NCBI GenBank assembly: GCA_002495675.1
Contig: DAGH01000023.1
Coordinates: 1,184 to 65,183, forward strand
Length of the DNA stretch: 64,000 nucleotides
From: Euryarchaeota archaeon UBA182
Lineage (GTDB): Archaea; Thermoplasmatota; Poseidoniia; Poseidoniales; Thalassarchaeaceae
Reading direction: 5' to 3'
Shown here: positions 61,434-64,000 of the stretch, piece after piece
Numbering within the stretch: the first letter of the stretch is position 1
How the letters are laid out: the number at the start of each line of letters is the position of its first letter
Notes under the pieces: model-generated
Seen by the model: only the letters and a program-made list of their open reading frames with translations
What the model was told of the DNA's origin: nothing
Databases searched by the model: none
Made by a program: the position numbers and the translations under genes

Positions 61434-63956
61434 TCAGAGTATTCTTTTGATGTGGCGGACCAATAATTCCACATCAGGAATGGTGTGGTCCTCCAGAGGT
61501 GGCGAGAAAGGAACTGGCACATCAAGAGCCCCAAGTACCACTGGGGGCGACTCAAGCGACCAGAATGATCCTTCTAGGACTGCAGAGGAAACTGTATGGC
61601 CAAAGCCGCCTGTCCATTGTGCCTCTTGAAGGACGATCATACGCCCAGTCTTATTCACCGATCGGATACAGGTGTCTCTGTCGAATGGATTCAACGTTCT
61701 CAGGTCGATAACCTCAACATCGACCCCCTCCATCGAAAGTTTTCTTGAAGCATTCATGGCAACGTGAACCATTGCGCCCCATGTGATTACCGTGATGTCC
61801 TCGCCAGGGTCCACAATTCGTGCCTTACCTATGGTGTGCCTACCTTCACGTACCCTTTCTCTAACAGAATGAGTATCTACGTTTTGGCTTATCCGATCAC
61901 CCCAACCAGTCAGGCCTCCGCGCAAACCGTACAAACCAATGTGCTCAAACAAGACAAATGGGTCATCCAGAGAGTGCCCCTCAATGAGTAGATCATAGGC
62001 ATCCTGAGGGTTTGAGGGAAATCCAATTATCAAACCGGGGTCGTTTAGAAACCAAGATTCGATAACGTTTGCATGATAGGGACCACTTCTCGTTTTACCA
62101 CCAAGCGGAATTCTAACCGTAATTGGGACCTCGGCCCCCCATCTCCATCTTAATTGGGCTGCATTGTTCACCAGAGCGTTCATTGCTAGTGCTGCGAAAC
62201 CACCAAACTGAATCTCAGCGATCGGCCTCAAACCCCCTAATGCAGCACCAGTCGCGCTATTTATTATGATGGATTCAGACAATGGCATATCGAGAAGTTT
62301 ACCCCCGTGTCCCTTTGCTTTGAGTGCTAGGTTCAATCCGAACGCACCCGCGACTTCCATGTCTTCCCCCATAAACAGAGCATTTTCTCCCTCATTGTCT
62401 GCAATATCGACCATTGCATTTTGAATGGCCCTACTGAAAGTCCAAGCATTCGAAGCAGCCTCAAACTTCATCGGTCGAATGTCTGATTGGCTGGGAACCG
62501 GTTTCATTCCCTCTAAATCTTTGATTTGTTGGTGATGTGTTCTTGCGTTCGTCAGTTTTGACGTTCCAATAACGACCGACTCAGGCTCGGGCCATTTCAT
62601 TGATTCGACAGTCAATCGCGCCTCAGCACAACTGGCTTCCTCCTCGTCAACAATCGATTTGAGTAACCTGGAGCCAACCCCCAGTTCTCGAAGTAAACGC
62701 TCATGATTCTCAATTGGCTCCTTCTTTGACCAATATTGCATTAATTCTTCTCCTACATAACCCGGGGGATTTCCATTCTCAGCACCCAAATACAGGTCAT
62801 CGTGGTGATGTGCATGTCCGCAACCCCTCATTGTCTCAACATGGACAATGCATCCTCCACAGCCGGATACAGCCAATTCACGAGCAACACAGACTGACGC
62901 ATAATATATCGCAGGATCAGATCCATCTATGCTCCAAGCCGGAAGCCCCACCGAGGCCCCTTTGTCCCCAAATGTCTCTGCACCGGATTGTTTGTTTGAG
63001 AATGTATCCAACGCAATTTGATTGTTTTGAATTATGTAACATATCGGCAAACCCCTCGCTCCGGCGAAATTTATGGCCTCCCAAAACTCTCCGCTGCTGC
63101 TGCAACCCTCTCCAACAGGAGCCAGAGTGAACCTCCCATCACCCTTTCTTGAAGAAGCTAGAGCAATCCCCGTAGCAGTGGCGCTCGCTATTGGCAGCGG
63201 CGCAGTAGGGGGCAAGATACCGTAATCCCAGTCTCCTATGTGGAGATCCCTACCGCCGAAGTCAGAATGACCTCCATCCATTTTCGATCCTGATTTTCCC
63301 ATTTGGGCAGACATAATAGACAATGGCGTCTGACCCATCGAAAGTGCAAGCCCGAGATCTCTGATCATGGGGGCTGCCACATCCTTGCCCAAATGCAACG
63401 CCGTCCCACATGCTGCGATCGGTTCTTGCCAAGTTGATCTGAATCCCTTGCCACCAAATTTTGTCCCATCTGGGGTTTCTACACCCTCAACAAATAGCTC
63501 CTTCAAATGCCGATCTAGTATTCTTGTCCTTATCATTAGCCTGTGCCAATGTATACGCTCCTCATTAGTTATCGATGAAAGATATGCTAGCCTCCTTAGC
63601 AAGAGCCGTAAATCTAGGATTAACCTTGTCCTTCTCCTCGAAAGGTAAAGTCTACCATCTCTCCTTGGCATGATTTCAGCCTGCAACACATTGTTTATCT
63701 TGGAGATGTGAAGCCTGTCCTCAAATGCATCATAAACAAGATCGCAGAATAACTCCGACCATTTGTGAAAATCTTCGCCGTTCATTGATTTTGGTGCAAC
63801 ACAGTCCTCAAGTACATCTTTCACCAATTCCAAGTACCCATCCCATCTTTCTGCTGTAAACCTAAGGATCTCACCAATCAGTTCTCCCGGGTCTATGGCT
63901 TTGTTAAATTTCAGATGGCTCATAGGCTTCCAATTACCGCCCCATATTTTGGGCAA
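61434..63956 (-). CDS. 2-oxoacid dehydrogenase E1 component, fused alpha and beta subunits, with an N-terminal extension
   Basis: Alpha part: TPP motif APVGEGCSSSGEFWEAINFAGARGLPICYIIQNNQIAL. Beta part: FMGEDMEVAGAFGLN, MPLSESIIINSATGAALGGLRPIAEIQFGGF and ITWGAMVH. The start is TTG 63956 or ATG 63923. It lies close to the window edge. Confidence 0.85.
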   Translation of the reverse strand: MPKIWGGNWKPMSHLKFNKAIDPGELIGEILRFTAERWDGYLELVKDVLEDCVAPKSMNGEDFHKWSELFCDLVYDAFEDRLHISKINNVLQAEIMPRRDGRLYLSRRRTRLILDLRLLLRRLAYLSSITNEERIHWHRLMIRTRILDRHLKELFVEGVETPDGTKFGGKGFRSTWQEPIAACGTALHLGKDVAAPMIRDLGLALSMGQTPLSIMSAQMGKSGSKMDGGHSDFGGRDLHIGDWDYGILPPTAPLPIASATATGIALASSRKGDGRFTLAPVGEGCSSSGEFWEAINFAGARGLPICYIIQNNQIALDTFSNKQSGAETFGDKGASVGLPAWSIDGSDPAIYYASVCVARELAVSGCGGCIVHVETMRGCGHAHHHDDLYLGAENGNPPGYVGEELMQYWSKKEPIENHERLLRELGVGSRLLKSIVDEEEASCAEARLTVESMKWPEPESVVIGTSKLTNARTHHQQIKDLEGMKPVPSQSDIRPMKFEAASNAWTFSRAIQNAMVDIADNEGENALFMGEDMEVAGAFGLNLALKAKGHGGKLLDMPLSESIIINSATGAALGGLRPIAEIQFGGFAALAMNALVNNAAQLRWRWGAEVPITVRIPLGGKTRSGPYHANVIESWFLNDPGLIIGFPSNPQDAYDLLIEGHSLDDPFVLFEHIGLYGLRGGLTGWGDRISQNVDTHSVRERVREGRHTIGKARIVDPGEDITVITWGAMVHVAMNASRKLSMEGVDVEVIDLRTLNPFDRDTCIRSVNKTGRMIVLQEAQWTGGFGHTVSSAVLEGSFWSLESPPVVLGALDVPVPFSPPLEDHTIPDVELLVRHIKRIL

Positions 63957-64000
63957 GTCAGATTGATTTCCGTTGTAAGTCTCAGAATCCCAACTTATCG

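Noticed and set aside
1-64000. Search for CRISPR arrays, IS elements, integrases, toxin-antitoxin pairs or recognisable phage-defence genes
   Set aside because: I noticed no direct-repeat arrays. No transposase, integrase, reverse transcriptase, nuclease-helicase or restriction-modification-type motif appears in any ORF translation. The non-coding gaps are too small to hide an array. Sequence-level repeats below what the eye can detect cannot be excluded without a self-alignment dot plot.

Overview
This is a densely coding 64-kb chromosomal segment with only short spacers; the largest is 223 nt. It reads as archaeal. I infer an uncultured marine planktonic Thermoplasmatota (Marine Group II/III-like) genome. 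Archaeal indicators: a Gar1 homologue, archaeal-type shikimate entry enzymes (ADH synthase and DHQ synthase II), a GHMP-type shikimate kinase, an HTH_10 regulator, a tRNA-Gln with an A1-U72 pair, and a two-subunit 2-oxoacid:ferredoxin oxidoreductase. These sit next to a bacterial-type GpsA and several very large secreted or membrane-anchored surface proteins. I call 48 protein-coding genes (one is a low-confidence small ORF) and 2 tRNAs (Gln-CUG, Leu-UAG). Operon-internal genes are preceded by Shine-Dalgarno-like GGAGGTGA-type motifs, and some starts are TTG or GTG. Housekeeping blocks: sufCBD with a divergent Nfu-like gene; korAB; aconitase; xth followed by aroA'-aroB'-aroK-aroC; a fused E1 alpha/beta 2-oxoacid dehydrogenase. 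Accessory or less understood blocks: (i) a self-contained molybdenum-hydroxylase locus (2Fe-2S, Mo and FAD subunits, XdhC, MobA/MocA, an HTH_10 regulator and a permease), whose FAD subunit carries a Cys-rich insertion like the extra [4Fe-4S] loop of 4-hydroxybenzoyl-CoA reductase; (ii) a five-gene MoxR/DUF58 cell-envelope module; (iii) a Gar1 fused to a RanBP2-like zinc finger and a long basic tail; (iv) a 1536-aa S8 protease, a roughly 2150-aa FG-GAP adhesin-like protein and two smaller surface proteins with distinctive C-terminal anchors; (v) a MacB-type ABC pair next to a 689-aa multi-domain membrane protein; (vi) a Nudix-MBL fusion, LemA and hydrolase run. I saw no rRNA, CRISPR array, transposase, integrase or prophage signature, and no single obvious novel system. 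All family assignments come from motif recognition by eye on the supplied translations. No database search was run, so the functional calls are hypotheses to be confirmed by HMM or BLAST searches.
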